Part shown: positions 55,288 through 64,000 of the stretch, in pieces
Layout: the number at the start of each line of letters is the position of its first letter
Position numbering within the stretch: position 1 is the first letter of the stretch
Source: an uncultured Clostridia bacterium
GTDB taxonomy: Bacteria; Bacillota; Clostridia; TANB77; CAG-508
Length of the DNA: 64,000 nt
NCBI GenBank assembly: GCA_963931155.1
Contig: OZ006978.1
Span: 131,357 to 195,356, forward strand
Direction of reading: 5' to 3'
Notes under the pieces: generated by a model
Seen by the model: the letters and a program-made list of their open reading frames with translations, nothing else
Told to the model about the DNA's origin: nothing
Database searches by the model: none
Made by a program: the position numbers and the translations under genes

Positions 55288-55983
55288 TTAAGTATTACTA
55301 AATAAGTTTCTTATTACTTTGTAATTTCCAAACACTAGTAATACATCATTATCTTGGATTTTAATAGTTTCATCAATATCCGATATTATTAAGCTTCCTC
55401 TTTTTACAACTAAAAGTTGAATGTTGTAATCCTTTTTAAGTTTTACAATATTTAAATCAGTTATTTTATCATGCATTTTAATTATCCTAACTTCTGCTAT
55501 TACTTTATTTCCATAATAATCATAAATTGATATTGGATTAATTTTTCTTTTCTTCTTCCTTTTTCCTATTCGTAAAACTAAATTGTCGAATATTCTTCTT
55601 ATTTTTGTAGATTTATTTAGCCCAATTAATAGAGTGATATTTATAACAGTAAGTACTACTCCAATTATAAGTTCTGTTAAACTTGTATTACTTGTTGAAA
55701 TAAACAAGTTTACTATTGTAGATACAATTGAAATATTGAATATATAACTAAACAAAATCATTATTTGAGTTATTTTCCTTCTTTTTCTCGTAGCTAGCAT
55801 TATTTCACTTTCGTTTGTTGTAAATCCTGTTCCTGTAAGAATTGAAATTATTTGAAATCTGGCTTTATCTATTTGTACTCCATCTACTCTAAATATAGCG
55901 GAAAATACTTCAATCATTATCTGATATAATAATATTAAAATGTTAAAAACTACTAATGCTGCTAATAAATTAATATTTATCAC
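55288..55983 (-). CDS. small membrane protein with pore-loop-like TGTGF motif and C-terminal TrkA-C/RCK_C-like domain (putative ion channel-like)
   Basis: Two to three TM helices, ISILTGTGFTT, C-terminal beta-rich domain resembling RCK_C. Confidence 0.3.
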   Translation of the reverse strand: MININLLAALVVFNILILLYQIMIEVFSAIFRVDGVQIDKARFQIISILTGTGFTTNESEIMLATRKRRKITQIMILFSYIFNISIVSTIVNLFISTSNTSLTELIIGVVLTVINITLLIGLNKSTKIRRIFDNLVLRIGKRKKKRKINPISIYDYYGNKVIAEVRIIKMHDKITDLNIVKLKKDYNIQLLVVKRGSLIISDIDETIKIQDNDVLLVFGNYKVIRNLFSNT

Positions 55984-56010
55984 CTTCCTAATTATTAGAT
56001 TGCTATAAGG

Positions 56011-56751
56011 CTATTTCTTTTTTATTGTTTTTCTATATCTTGTAATTGCATCGGAAATTTCTCCATCAAATTTCATTCTTCCTTTTTCCATTACAATTCC
56101 TCTTTTACAGAATTCTTTTGCTGTTGCTGTTGCATGTGTTACGAAAAGAAGTGTTACTTCGTCTTTATTTATAATTTCATTTATTTTGTTAATACACTTA
56201 TTTTTAAATTCTTCATCACCAACACTTAACGCTTCATCAACAATTAATATCTCTGGTCTAATGTTAACATTTATAGAAAATCCAAGTCTTGCTTTCATTC
56301 CACTTGAATATGTTCTTACTGGTTGGTCTATATATTCTTCTAATTCTGAAAAATCTATAATTATTTTTTCAAGTTCTTCAATTTCAGATTTTTTTAAGCC
56401 CAATAATTGTCCTTTTAAATATATGTTTTCTCTTCCTGTAAATTCAGGATCAAATCCTGATGTTAGTTCTAAAAGGGCACTTACTCTTCCTTTTACTGTG
56501 ATATTTCCTTCTGTTGGAAAACATACTCCTGTAATCATTTTTAATATAGTAGATTTTCCAGCACCATTTTTTCCAAATAATGCTACTGATTCTCCTCTTC
56601 TTATTTCAAATGACACGTCATTAACTGCCTTTTTTTCTTTGTATTTTATTTTTTTACAAAATGTGTACAAAAGTCGCCTTTTCTCACTTTTAAAGAGTTT
56701 GTATGTTTTTGTAACATGTTCAAATTTAATTACAACTTCTTTTTTATCCAT
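56011..56751 (-). CDS. ABC transporter ATP-binding protein (TagH/Wzt-like glycopolymer exporter)
   Basis: GKNGAGKSTILKMITG Walker A, LSGGQ-like YSSGMKARLGF, ILIVDEALSVGD Walker B. Confidence 0.85.
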   Translation of the reverse strand: MDKKEVVIKFEHVTKTYKLFKSEKRRLLYTFCKKIKYKEKKAVNDVSFEIRRGESVALFGKNGAGKSTILKMITGVCFPTEGNITVKGRVSALLELTSGFDPEFTGRENIYLKGQLLGLKKSEIEELEKIIIDFSELEEYIDQPVRTYSSGMKARLGFSINVNIRPEILIVDEALSVGDEEFKNKCINKINEIINKDEVTLLFVTHATATAKEFCKRGIVMEKGRMKFDGEISDAITRYRKTIKKK

Positions 56752-56813
56752 TAAGGTATTGTCCTTTCACCGTTTATTTACCACCTGCTATATTAGCTTT
56801 ATATTGTATATTC

Positions 56814-57623
56814 CTAATTAAGCACATCAGGAATTTCTTTTCTTAATCTTTTATATGTTATTACTGCTAATATAAGCATAATTAATGTTATAATTCCAAA
56901 ATATAAAAGTCTTTTTGGTTGTTCCCAAAACCACACATGATGTATTAAACAATTTCTATATCCTTCTACTAAAAATGTAACTGGGTTTATCATTAATAAT
57001 GATTTTAACCATGGTATTGATAAAGTATTAATGTTCCAAATAATTCCTGATAACCAAAATATTGCAGTTACAAATGATTTGACTAAATTTGCATAATCTT
57101 TACTCATTGATGCTAATAATCCTGATAGTAAGGTAAATATTGTAAAAAATATTAAGTTAAGCAACATATAAAATGGTAGTTGAACTATATATATTGTTGG
57201 CAATTTTCCCATACATGCAAATATTAAAATCATTATTATAACTAAAAATATATGCACTAAAAATTTTGAAATACTTACAAATGTTGGTATAGTTGAAACC
57301 GGGAATTTCATTTTAGTTACTAAATAACTATATCTTCTAATTGAACCTGTTCCACCAGTAATCATACCACTCATATAGAACCATGGAATAAGACCTGCTA
57401 TAAGCCATAAGAAAAATGGATAACCATTTACACCTTTGCCTGCTCTTAATCCAATTTCAAATGCAAACCAATATACAAATATAGTAACAGCAGGCTTGAT
57501 TATAGCCCAAGCCCATCCAAGCGCTGCACCTCTATATGTTTTTCTTAAATCAGATATGGCTAACTTAAATATTTGATGTCTATATTCATAATGGTCTTTA
57601 ATAATTTGAATGAATGTACCCAT
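56814..57623 (-). CDS. ABC-2 type permease (TagG/Wzm-like)
   Basis: 269 aa, 6 TM helices, ABC-2 family organisation directly upstream of the ATPase. Confidence 0.75.
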   Translation of the reverse strand: MGTFIQIIKDHYEYRHQIFKLAISDLRKTYRGAALGWAWAIIKPAVTIFVYWFAFEIGLRAGKGVNGYPFFLWLIAGLIPWFYMSGMITGGTGSIRRYSYLVTKMKFPVSTIPTFVSISKFLVHIFLVIIMILIFACMGKLPTIYIVQLPFYMLLNLIFFTIFTLLSGLLASMSKDYANLVKSFVTAIFWLSGIIWNINTLSIPWLKSLLMINPVTFLVEGYRNCLIHHVWFWEQPKRLLYFGIITLIMLILAVITYKRLRKEIPDVLN

Positions 57624-57662
57624 ATTTTTTATTATTATTACTCCTTTTTTTGTTTTTTTATT

Positions 57663-58139
57663 TTATTTATTTTTTCTTTTTTCATTTTTTGGTTCTGGTA
57701 GTTCGTCTCCTTTTCCTGATGGTTCTTTTAAACCTAAATCTTTCTTTATTTTAGTTGTAGATATTCCTTCTGTTCTATCTAAATATACTACTTGGCAATA
57801 ATCATTTAAATAATCAAATCTATCACTACCTGCCCAATCGCTTCCCATAACTACTATATCTATATCGTATTTTTGAACATCTGATATTTTCTGTTCCCAA
57901 TTTTCTTCTGGAATAACTAAGTCAACATATCTTATAGATTCTAACATTTTTTTTCTTGTTTCATAATTGTGGTATGCTTTTTTTCCTTTTTCTCTTGCGT
58001 TAAATTCATCTGTTGATAAAGCAACTACTAGATAATCTCCTAGTGCTTTTGCTCTTTGTAATAATCTGATGTGTCCATAATGTAGTAAATCAAATGTACC
58101 ATAAGTTAAAATTCTTTTCATAAAAATACCTCTTTTCAT
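57663..58139 (-). CDS. tagD: glycerol-3-phosphate cytidylyltransferase
   Basis: ILTYGTFDLLHYGHIRLL (HxGH), RTEGISTT; start probably the ATG for MKRILTYG. Confidence 0.85.
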   Translation of the reverse strand: MKRGIFMKRILTYGTFDLLHYGHIRLLQRAKALGDYLVVALSTDEFNAREKGKKAYHNYETRKKMLESIRYVDLVIPEENWEQKISDVQKYDIDIVVMGSDWAGSDRFDYLNDYCQVVYLDRTEGISTTKIKKDLGLKEPSGKGDELPEPKNEKRKNK

Positions 58140-58178
58140 TGTTATATATCATTATTTATATTTTTTATTATTTTGATA

Positions 58179-60473
58179 TTATATAGATTTATCACTAATC
58201 TCTTTTTTTGCTTTTTTTCCTGTTTTAAACTGATTATATTTTTCTAGCAAACTATTGATTTCTACACCATCAACTTCTTCCATTAAATTAAATCTATTTT
58301 CATTTAATGTTACAGCTGATTTATGGTTGCTTCTATATCCTTCTTTATAGTTTGACATATAATATTCTAATTTTTCACTAATGTTTTCAAATAACGAATT
58401 TCCTTTTTCTGTATTAATTTTAATTATTGAAATACCATTTTTTTGTCTTTTAGCATATTGAGGCATTACACTTTCTATTCCCCAGAAATCTCCTATTGTC
58501 ATATCTGCCAAGCCATCATTTCCAGTCAATTCACAATTATGACATCCTGGTCTTAAAATGTAATTATTTAAAAATGCTCTGTTAAAATTATTGTATTTGG
58601 CAAATTCAGTAACCTCTCTACCATCTTCAAATATAACTCTTATTGTTGATAAATTTTTAGTAGCCCATCCTTTTTCTTTATCTCTAAATTTAAAGTCTAC
58701 AACTTTAGATTTATATTTTTCTTCTAGATATTTGATATATAGTCTAAATACTTTAGGCGATGGAACTCCATGACATATAATTTCTACTAAATATAAATTA
58801 TCATAATCTTTATTTAAATATGTTCTTAAAGCTTTTATTTGACATGGGTTTCCAGTGAACAACACTTTTTTACCTTTTTCTAACTTTTCTTTTATATCTT
58901 TTCTTAATCCGTTTATGCTTGCTGCAACATATTTTGAGCCTCTAAACTTTTCGCAATCTTTTTCATTGTCTGCCATAGCATATTCTGCTACCATATCCTC
59001 ATTATATTTTACTCCTACTACATAACCTTTTTGTGAAAGTATATGTTTATATAAGGCTGTAAAAATACCACCTGAACTACTATTTTTTAATACATCATTA
59101 TCTTTATATGATGCAGCATATATTAATGGATAATCTTCGCTTTTTTCTTGTTTAATTTTTTTCCTGTAAATACAATTTTTTTCGCATAATCCACATTTAA
59201 TACATTTTTCTTTATCTATTTTTGGATATTTAAACCCTTCTTCATCTTCTACCATTTCAATAGCTTGTACAGGGCAAATATCTTTACATAATTCACAACC
59301 ATAACAATTAAATCTATTATGAGTTTTTAAGTAATTTTCTTCATGCTTGTCTGGAATTTCTCCATATATAGCATTATTTAAAAATTCTATTGAACCTTTT
59401 CTTTCTTCAAGTAACCTTTTTTTAACGTCTTTATAATCAATTTTTAATGTTTCAAGTTTTGGCATTATTCTAACATCTTCTATTAAATGGTTAGATAATC
59501 CTGCTATTTCTAATAGATTTTGCATTCTTGCAGGTCTTTTTATATGAGGTATTGTAATAAAATCTTTTTCGTATATTAATGCGAAAACTGTTGTGTGAAA
59601 AGAGTTTGTTACTATATATTTTGCATTTTCTATAACGCTTATAAATTGTTCTGGTCTTTCATTAAATTCTCCAGATAATTCATGTTCAAACAATCCTTTT
59701 TCTCTATTATGTACAATTGGTAATTTAAGCATTCTAGACATCTTATCAGCCATTTCATATGTTTTTTCATCTTTTCCTATAAAATGTACATATATATAAT
59801 CTTTTCCTTTAAATTTTGTATCTATTTTTATATTGTCATACTTGTCTTTATCTAATAATAAAGTTGGGTCTATTACTCTTGTAATTGGTTTGTCTGTTAC
59901 GTCTTTTAATAATTCTTTCATCGATTCTTCTCTAACAGATATAAAATCAAAGTTTTCCAAATATCTTTTATAAAACACAATATATTTTTCTGGAAGCTCA
60001 TCATTTCCTAAACTTGCCGCATATGAAATTCTTCTAGCATCTTTATTTCCAAACTCTAAGAAATATGCAGGTTTAAATCCCTTAGTTAATTCCACATTCC
60101 ATATTTGGTCTGAGCCAGCTATTAGGATATCATATTGTAAAAAGTCTTTTTGTATTTCTGCTAGAGTATAATATGCTTTTGTTGTATTTAATACATTATT
60201 AATAAAATATTCAAAGTTTTCTCTTCTCTTTATTCTCCATCTCTCGGAGATGTTTACTTTTATGAATTTATATGTTTTTTTAATTCCTCTTATTAATTTA
60301 TGGTCTTTTCTTCTGACATTATATAATTTATATACATTATCAATTTCTTTAATTCTATAATTAATAACTTCAACATCTATGCCAAGACTTTTTAAATATT
60401 CTTGCATAGCATATACTTGTAAAACAGCTCCATAGTTATGTGCACTATTAAAAGTTATAATTCCGGCTTTCAT
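58179..60473 (-). CDS. fusion protein: polysaccharide pyruvyl transferase domain plus 2x[4Fe-4S] ferredoxin plus F420-hydrogenase/dehydrogenase beta subunit-like domain
   Basis: N-terminal GIITFNSAHNYGAVLQ pyruvyl-transferase-like region; CYGCELCKDICP and CIKCGLCEKNC clusters; FrhB/FdhB-like C-terminus. Confidence 0.55.
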   Translation of the reverse strand: MKAGIITFNSAHNYGAVLQVYAMQEYLKSLGIDVEVINYRIKEIDNVYKLYNVRRKDHKLIRGIKKTYKFIKVNISERWRIKRRENFEYFINNVLNTTKAYYTLAEIQKDFLQYDILIAGSDQIWNVELTKGFKPAYFLEFGNKDARRISYAASLGNDELPEKYIVFYKRYLENFDFISVREESMKELLKDVTDKPITRVIDPTLLLDKDKYDNIKIDTKFKGKDYIYVHFIGKDEKTYEMADKMSRMLKLPIVHNREKGLFEHELSGEFNERPEQFISVIENAKYIVTNSFHTTVFALIYEKDFITIPHIKRPARMQNLLEIAGLSNHLIEDVRIMPKLETLKIDYKDVKKRLLEERKGSIEFLNNAIYGEIPDKHEENYLKTHNRFNCYGCELCKDICPVQAIEMVEDEEGFKYPKIDKEKCIKCGLCEKNCIYRKKIKQEKSEDYPLIYAASYKDNDVLKNSSSGGIFTALYKHILSQKGYVVGVKYNEDMVAEYAMADNEKDCEKFRGSKYVAASINGLRKDIKEKLEKGKKVLFTGNPCQIKALRTYLNKDYDNLYLVEIICHGVPSPKVFRLYIKYLEEKYKSKVVDFKFRDKEKGWATKNLSTIRVIFEDGREVTEFAKYNNFNRAFLNNYILRPGCHNCELTGNDGLADMTIGDFWGIESVMPQYAKRQKNGISIIKINTEKGNSLFENISEKLEYYMSNYKEGYRSNHKSAVTLNENRFNLMEEVDGVEINSLLEKYNQFKTGKKAKKEISDKSI

Positions 60474-60503
60474 ATTTTACTTCCTTTCATCCATTCTTAA
60501 AAT

Positions 60504-62906
60504 TTATTTAAAAATATCTTCATACTCTTTTTTTACTTGTTTATTATATTTTTCCGCATCAAAATTCATACATTTAACTTTGCCATTCATAAAATCATGC
60601 ATTCCTTGTAATATTCCCTCTTCACTATTTTCGACTAAGGTTCCATTATACTTTTGCATAAAGCCTCTTGGTCCTCTTACATTAGTAGCTATACAAGGTA
60701 CTCCACATGTATCAGCTTCTAATAAAACTAGTCCTAATGCTTCATAATATGAAGAAAGTATAAACAAATCACATTTTTTTAATATAGGAAATGGATTATC
60801 TATGCTTTTTAGAAATATAACATTATACCTACATTCTAATTTTTTCACATATGCTTGTAATTCTTCAAATAATATACCATGTCCACCCATTAAAATAAGT
60901 ATTGAATTGTTATTTTCTTTATAAAATTTTTCAAATGCGTCTATAAGTCTTTTTTGCCCCTTTTCAGGAGAAAACCTTGCAATATTAATAAACTTAGTAT
61001 AATCCATATCTAATAATTGCTTTAATATTTTTTCGCTTACATTTGCAACTGTATTACTACCATATTCTATCTCTTTTTTGCTTTTTTCTAATATTGTTTT
61101 ATAATCATGTGCGTTGTTAACAATAACTATATTATCATCTCTGCCACTAATTTTTTTAATTGGCTCAACAATATCTTCAGAAACCGCAACAACCCTATCA
61201 TATTTGTTATATGCTTCTTTAAGAGTTTTATAGTGTTGATTTTTTCTTGTTTTTATTTCAGCAATCATATCATTGTGTACAAAAATAGCTCTCTTAGCAT
61301 CAAATCTTTCTAACAGTCCTGTAATTTGTTTTTCATATCCTGTAAAATGTATTACTTTATCAAATTTAGCATTTCCAAAGAATCTTTTAACTTCTCTTTT
61401 ATATAATCTGTCTATATATTTTTTCACAAACTTTGTATTTATATTAAGTTTATAGAATAACACATAAGCAATTAATTCCCTAAAAGAATATATATAACTA
61501 CTAAATATAGGAAATACATCTGAATTTTCTGGCAACTTTGTTATTCTCATAGGTGCATTTTTTAAAGTTTTTTGTCTAAAAGAAAAATTTATATTTTCTT
61601 TGTTTCTATCTATAACATTCATTAATGACACAATGGAAGAAGTAATACCATTTAATGCTAATGTAGAAACATAAATTAATACATTATCTTTTCCATTTTT
61701 CTTTAATTTTTCAGGTTTAACATATTTTGATTTTTTTCCTTCTAACACATAATCTACTAAAGCTTTTGGTGCTTCAATATTGTCATATGTACAGAATTTC
61801 TTTAAAAACTCTGTATCATCATAATTTTTAGGTGTATTAATCTCATTTAATAACTCTTTTGGTGTATATGTTTTAGGGAAAGGCAATTCATCTAGTGAGT
61901 AATAGAATCCCCTTGTTTTTGTATATTCTTCTTCATCATAAGTATATAATACTATCTTCTTCTTTGTATTTGCAAAATCAAAAAATACGCTTGAGTAATC
62001 TGTTATTAGCACATCTGCCGTATTTAAAACTTCATATGTTTCCATTCCAGTTGGAAAACTTTTTATATGTTTGAAATCACCAAATTTTAAATCTTTTTGA
62101 ACTAGAACGTGCATTTTCACATAGAAAACTTGATTATCTGTTAGATGCTCGTCCATATATCTCATTAATTCAATAATTTCTTTAAATTGTTCCCCTTGCA
62201 TCTTTTTAGTCATTATACCACGCCATGTTGGCATATATACAATTACTTGCTTTCCTTCTAACTTTAATTTTTTTCTAATATTTTTTTCAGAATTTCTATC
62301 AAAGAAGACTGCATTTCTTGGATACCCTGCATTTAGAACAGTACCATCATATAGGTTTTGTATCCCATAGGCACTTATCATTTTTTCTTTCATCTCATCA
62401 TTAGGATATACTAAATAGTCTGTAAACATAAAATTTCTTTTTATGTTTCCTATAGCATATTTTCTATTTATAACATCCTTTCCCATTTGCTTTAGTGGTG
62501 TACCATGCCATGTGTTTGTATAAACTTGTCCATCTTTTTTAGTGAAAAACATTGGAAAAGAAGTATCGTTAAATAAATATTTAGCTGTAGCAAGTAATTT
62601 ATAATAATCTAATGATTTATATAAAACTGTTTTTGCACTATCTAACCCATGTTCTTTTAATAATTTTTCTAATGATTTTTGTTTTTTGGCAGTAGCTACT
62701 AAAAACACTTCAAACTTTTTGTGATTTTTTACAATTTCTTTTAATGTATAAAACATGTTTCCTGCTAAATCTTCACCTTGTTTTGATTCTATTAAAACAT
62801 AATTATCAATTATAGGTTTCTTGTAGTAATATTTTAAATAATACATTTGTTTAATATGCTCAACAACTCTTGTTTTTAATTTCTTTTTTTTCATCTTTAA
62901 TTTCAT
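60504..62906 (-). CDS. bifunctional CDP-glycerol glycerophosphotransferase (TagF/TagB family) plus GT4 glycosyltransferase
   Basis: TNTWHGTPLKQMG and VIVYMPTWRG TagF signatures; C-terminal GT-B E-x7-E (EALGLVLLEADTCGVPCIATN). Confidence 0.8.
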   Translation of the reverse strand: MKLKMKKKKLKTRVVEHIKQMYYLKYYYKKPIIDNYVLIESKQGEDLAGNMFYTLKEIVKNHKKFEVFLVATAKKQKSLEKLLKEHGLDSAKTVLYKSLDYYKLLATAKYLFNDTSFPMFFTKKDGQVYTNTWHGTPLKQMGKDVINRKYAIGNIKRNFMFTDYLVYPNDEMKEKMISAYGIQNLYDGTVLNAGYPRNAVFFDRNSEKNIRKKLKLEGKQVIVYMPTWRGIMTKKMQGEQFKEIIELMRYMDEHLTDNQVFYVKMHVLVQKDLKFGDFKHIKSFPTGMETYEVLNTADVLITDYSSVFFDFANTKKKIVLYTYDEEEYTKTRGFYYSLDELPFPKTYTPKELLNEINTPKNYDDTEFLKKFCTYDNIEAPKALVDYVLEGKKSKYVKPEKLKKNGKDNVLIYVSTLALNGITSSIVSLMNVIDRNKENINFSFRQKTLKNAPMRITKLPENSDVFPIFSSYIYSFRELIAYVLFYKLNINTKFVKKYIDRLYKREVKRFFGNAKFDKVIHFTGYEKQITGLLERFDAKRAIFVHNDMIAEIKTRKNQHYKTLKEAYNKYDRVVAVSEDIVEPIKKISGRDDNIVIVNNAHDYKTILEKSKKEIEYGSNTVANVSEKILKQLLDMDYTKFINIARFSPEKGQKRLIDAFEKFYKENNNSILILMGGHGILFEELQAYVKKLECRYNVIFLKSIDNPFPILKKCDLFILSSYYEALGLVLLEADTCGVPCIATNVRGPRGFMQKYNGTLVENSEEGILQGMHDFMNGKVKCMNFDAEKYNKQVKKEYEDIFK

Positions 62907-62927
62907 TCCCTTCTTCAGACAAACATT

Positions 62928-63053
62928 CCGGTTGGAAAAAAATTGTGCTTTTGGCTAGAAAAACGAATTGAAAATTTATGAGGCGTACTCTTTGTACGTT
63001 GAATAAAGTTTCAATGAAGTTTGACACCGCCAAAACGCAATTATTTTCCAACC
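62928..63053. repeat. about 125-bp element bounded by 26-bp imperfect inverted repeats (GGTTGGAAAAAAATTGTGCTTTTGGC / GCCAAAACGCAATTATTTTCCAACC) with nested hairpin
   Basis: Inverted repeats at 62930-62955 and 63029-63053; inner CGTAC-aaaga-GTACG hairpin; relatively GC-rich. Confidence 0.6.
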
Positions 63054-63062
63054 TTGTGCTCC

Positions 63063-64000
63063 TTACCCAATTATCCTCCTTATTACCCTTTTACTTGCAT
63101 TGCCGTCATCCAAGTAATTGTATCTTTTGTTGAATTTTCTATATTTTTCATCATATTTAAAATTTGATTCTATGTTTTCTACTGCTTCTTCTAATTCACC
63201 TTCTGTTTTTACGATAGGTCCTGGCAATTCTTCTAAATCAAAATAAAATCCATTTGATTTATCTCTATAATGATCTAAATCATACATGTAGAAAATCATA
63301 GGTCTTCTTAAATTTGCAAAGTCAAAAAATACACTTGAATAATCTGTTATTAAAACATCTGTTATAATGTATAATTCATTTATATCATCTATTTTAGATA
63401 CATCAAATACAAACCCTTTATATTTTTCAAAATCAAATGAATTTGCTATAAAATAATGAGGTCTAAATAGAACTATGTATTTATCTCCAAATTTTTCTTG
63501 GAAACTTTTAAAATTTATCTCTTCTTTATACACATATCCTACACCAGATTCGTGTTGATTTGGTCTGTATGTTGGTGCATATAATATAATTTTTCTTTTG
63601 TCATTTTCTATTCCCAGTTTTCTTTTTATTTTTAATATATCTTCATTATTATAATTAAATAAAAAGTCATTTCTAGGATATCCTTCTTCTATTATAATGT
63701 TTTCTTTTCCTATTTCTTTTAAATTCCATGCTGATATGAATTTTTCACTAGCAAATTTTGATGGTGATATAAAATATGAGAATTTAGATGCTTCTAGTTT
63801 ATATCTTTTTTTCATACCTTTTATAGTGTTTAGTTCATTATCAAAATGTGTAAGGTCACACCCTAGTCTTTTAAGTGGTGTGCCATGCCAACATTGAACA
63901 AAAACTTGGTTTTTCTTTGGCTTTAAAAAATCAGGTATTTTATAATTAAATATCCAATATTTTGCTTTAGCTAAACTTTTATTATATTGTTTTGTTCCTA
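63063..64000 (-). CDS. CDP-glycerol glycerophosphotransferase (TagF family), C-terminal part (N-terminus beyond window end)
   Basis: Frame open to window edge: ...QCWHGTPLKRLG..., ILYAPTYRP (YxPTWR-like); track shows only the part after the first in-window Met. Confidence 0.8.
   Translation of the reverse strand, partial: GTKQYNKSLAKAKYWIFNYKIPDFLKPKKNQVFVQCWHGTPLKRLGCDLTHFDNELNTIKGMKKRYKLEASKFSYFISPSKFASEKFISAWNLKEIGKENIIIEEGYPRNDFLFNYNNEDILKIKRKLGIENDKRKIILYAPTYRPNQHESGVGYVYKEEINFKSFQEKFGDKYIVLFRPHYFIANSFDFEKYKGFVFDVSKIDDINELYIITDVLITDYSSVFFDFANLRRPMIFYMYDLDHYRDKSNGFYFDLEELPGPIVKTEGELEEAVENIESNFKYDEKYRKFNKRYNYLDDGNASKRVIRRIIG

Noticed and set aside
62860-63051. 63-aa ORF within the inverted-repeat element
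   Set aside because: Lies across the structured intergenic element, has no RBS, and is spurious

Overview
The window is a chromosomal segment from a very AT-rich, endospore-forming Firmicute. It looks Clostridium-like: gpr germination protease, a Spo0E-family gene, LPXTG/sortase proteins, low-GC SD sequences. All but one protein gene lies on the minus strand. Housekeeping genes include polA, ruvB, ruvC, rpiA, gpr, murB, queH, lepA, rlmB, tyrS, yvcK and a holA-like gene. A complete minus-strand rRNA operon runs 16S - tRNA-Ala - 23S - 5S - tRNA-Asn. A large accessory cell-wall glycopolymer locus (about 39.9-64 kb) combines LCP, priming transferase, CapA, Wzx, Wzy, GT2/GT4, two pyruvyl transferases, GalE, TagD, TagF-like enzymes and a TagGH-like ABC exporter.

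The most notable observation is in the tRNA-Asn(GUU) gene just after 5S. Its anticodon loop carries a 234-nt insert with group I intron hallmarks: U at -1, omega-G, and an internal guide GUUAGCAGCU that pairs with both exon ends as P1 and P10. The core resembles the cyanobacterial/Azoarcus tRNA-intron family. A free-standing HNH endonuclease gene sits immediately 3' of it.

Other observations:
- Two paralogous GT-C-like polytopic membrane proteins.
- Two RhuM-family paralogs, one with an in-frame internal deletion.
- Two small NDT-like paralogs.
- A roughly 700-aa protein built from about ten tandem HTH modules.
- A Spo0E-like gene preceded by two perfect Spo0A boxes.
- A sortase catalytic domain lying in-frame behind a single TGA at the end of a 591-aa membrane protein.
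- Frameshifts in a tagO/wecA-like gene and in the capA N-terminus.
- A threefold 115-nt repeat in the 16S-23S spacer.
- Several structured intergenic elements.
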